This document shows positions 63,842 to 64,000 of a stretch of DNA of 64,000 bases, piece by piece (positions within the stretch are counted from its first letter, which is position 1; each line of letters opens with the position of its first letter). Source of the DNA: Capsulimonadaceae bacterium (GTDB lineage: Bacteria > Armatimonadota > Armatimonadia > Armatimonadales > Capsulimonadaceae); assembly GCA_965215505.1 (NCBI GenBank), contig OZ244065.1, positions 4,701,835 through 4,765,834 on the forward strand, given 5' to 3'. Below the pieces are notes generated by a model. The model worked only from the letters and a program-made list of their open reading frames with translations. It searched no databases and was not told where the DNA came from. The position numbers were made by a program, and so were the translations under genes.

Positions 63842-64000
63842 TTAACGCCGGGACGCGCCTCTGAAATAATCCAGCCTCTTCACCCCGTACTTCAGCCCCG
63901 CGCTCCGGGCAAGCACCAAAGCCGCCGTCCGGTCCGCAGTCGCGCCGAAAACCGGCTCCGGCTGGTAGTCGTTCCTCAGCACGCTCCCACCGTTCCTCAC
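63842..64000 (-). CDS. 3' end of an unidentified gene running off the window
   Basis: Hand translation of the - strand gives ...VRNGGSVLRNDYQPEPVFGATADRTAALVLARSAGLKYGVKRLDYFRGASRR followed by a stop. It is too short to assign. Confidence 0.3.
   Translation of the reverse strand: MRNGGSVLRNDYQPEPVFGATADRTAALVLARSAGLKYGVKRLDYFRGASRR

Overview
This is a GC-rich bacterial chromosomal segment, roughly two-thirds G+C by eye. The gene content (prepilin-type DUF1559 protein, PEP-CTERM protein, CRTAC1/UnbV FG-GAP proteins, many GC-rich palindromic intergenic repeats) suggests an Armatimonadota- or Planctomycetota-like organism; that placement is inference only.

The left 13 kb is a complete type I-B CRISPR-Cas locus read on the minus strand. 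In order it holds a WYL-domain regulator, cas6, a vapBC pair on the opposite strand, a triplicated 150-160 bp repeat, cas8b-cas7-cas5-cas3, cas4-cas1-cas2, a leader, and a 25-repeat array that runs off the window edge.

The most interesting signal is compositional. The interference module (cas8b to cas3) and the CRISPR repeat are conspicuously AT-rich, while cas6 and the adaptation module are GC-rich like the host. The locus therefore looks like a chimera with a nearly seamless cas3/cas4 junction.

Directly adjacent (about 13.2-19.3 kb) is an integrative element. It carries an AT-rich protein of unknown function (510-525 aa), two tiny coupled ORFs, a Rep_trans rolling-circle initiator, an excisionase-like HTH protein and a large serine recombinase. 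It abuts a 5'-truncated dnaN that retains only clamp domains II-III.

The remaining 44 kb is mostly ordinary chromosomal content:
- M28 peptidase, Lnt and a 1680-aa GH2-like secreted protein
- an UnbU/CRTAC1 cluster and an acyl-CoA dehydrogenase-like gene coupled to an unknown 514-aa gene
- an ABC transporter and a redox/detoxification cluster
- ispH, a second vapBC pair and larC
- two tandem aldo/keto reductases, a truncated DHA2 MFS gene and lacZ

Several families of palindromic intergenic repeats are dispersed through the window. Many long ORFs in the supplied track are antisense or out-of-frame shadow ORFs typical of high-GC DNA and were not called. No rRNA or tRNA genes were recognised.
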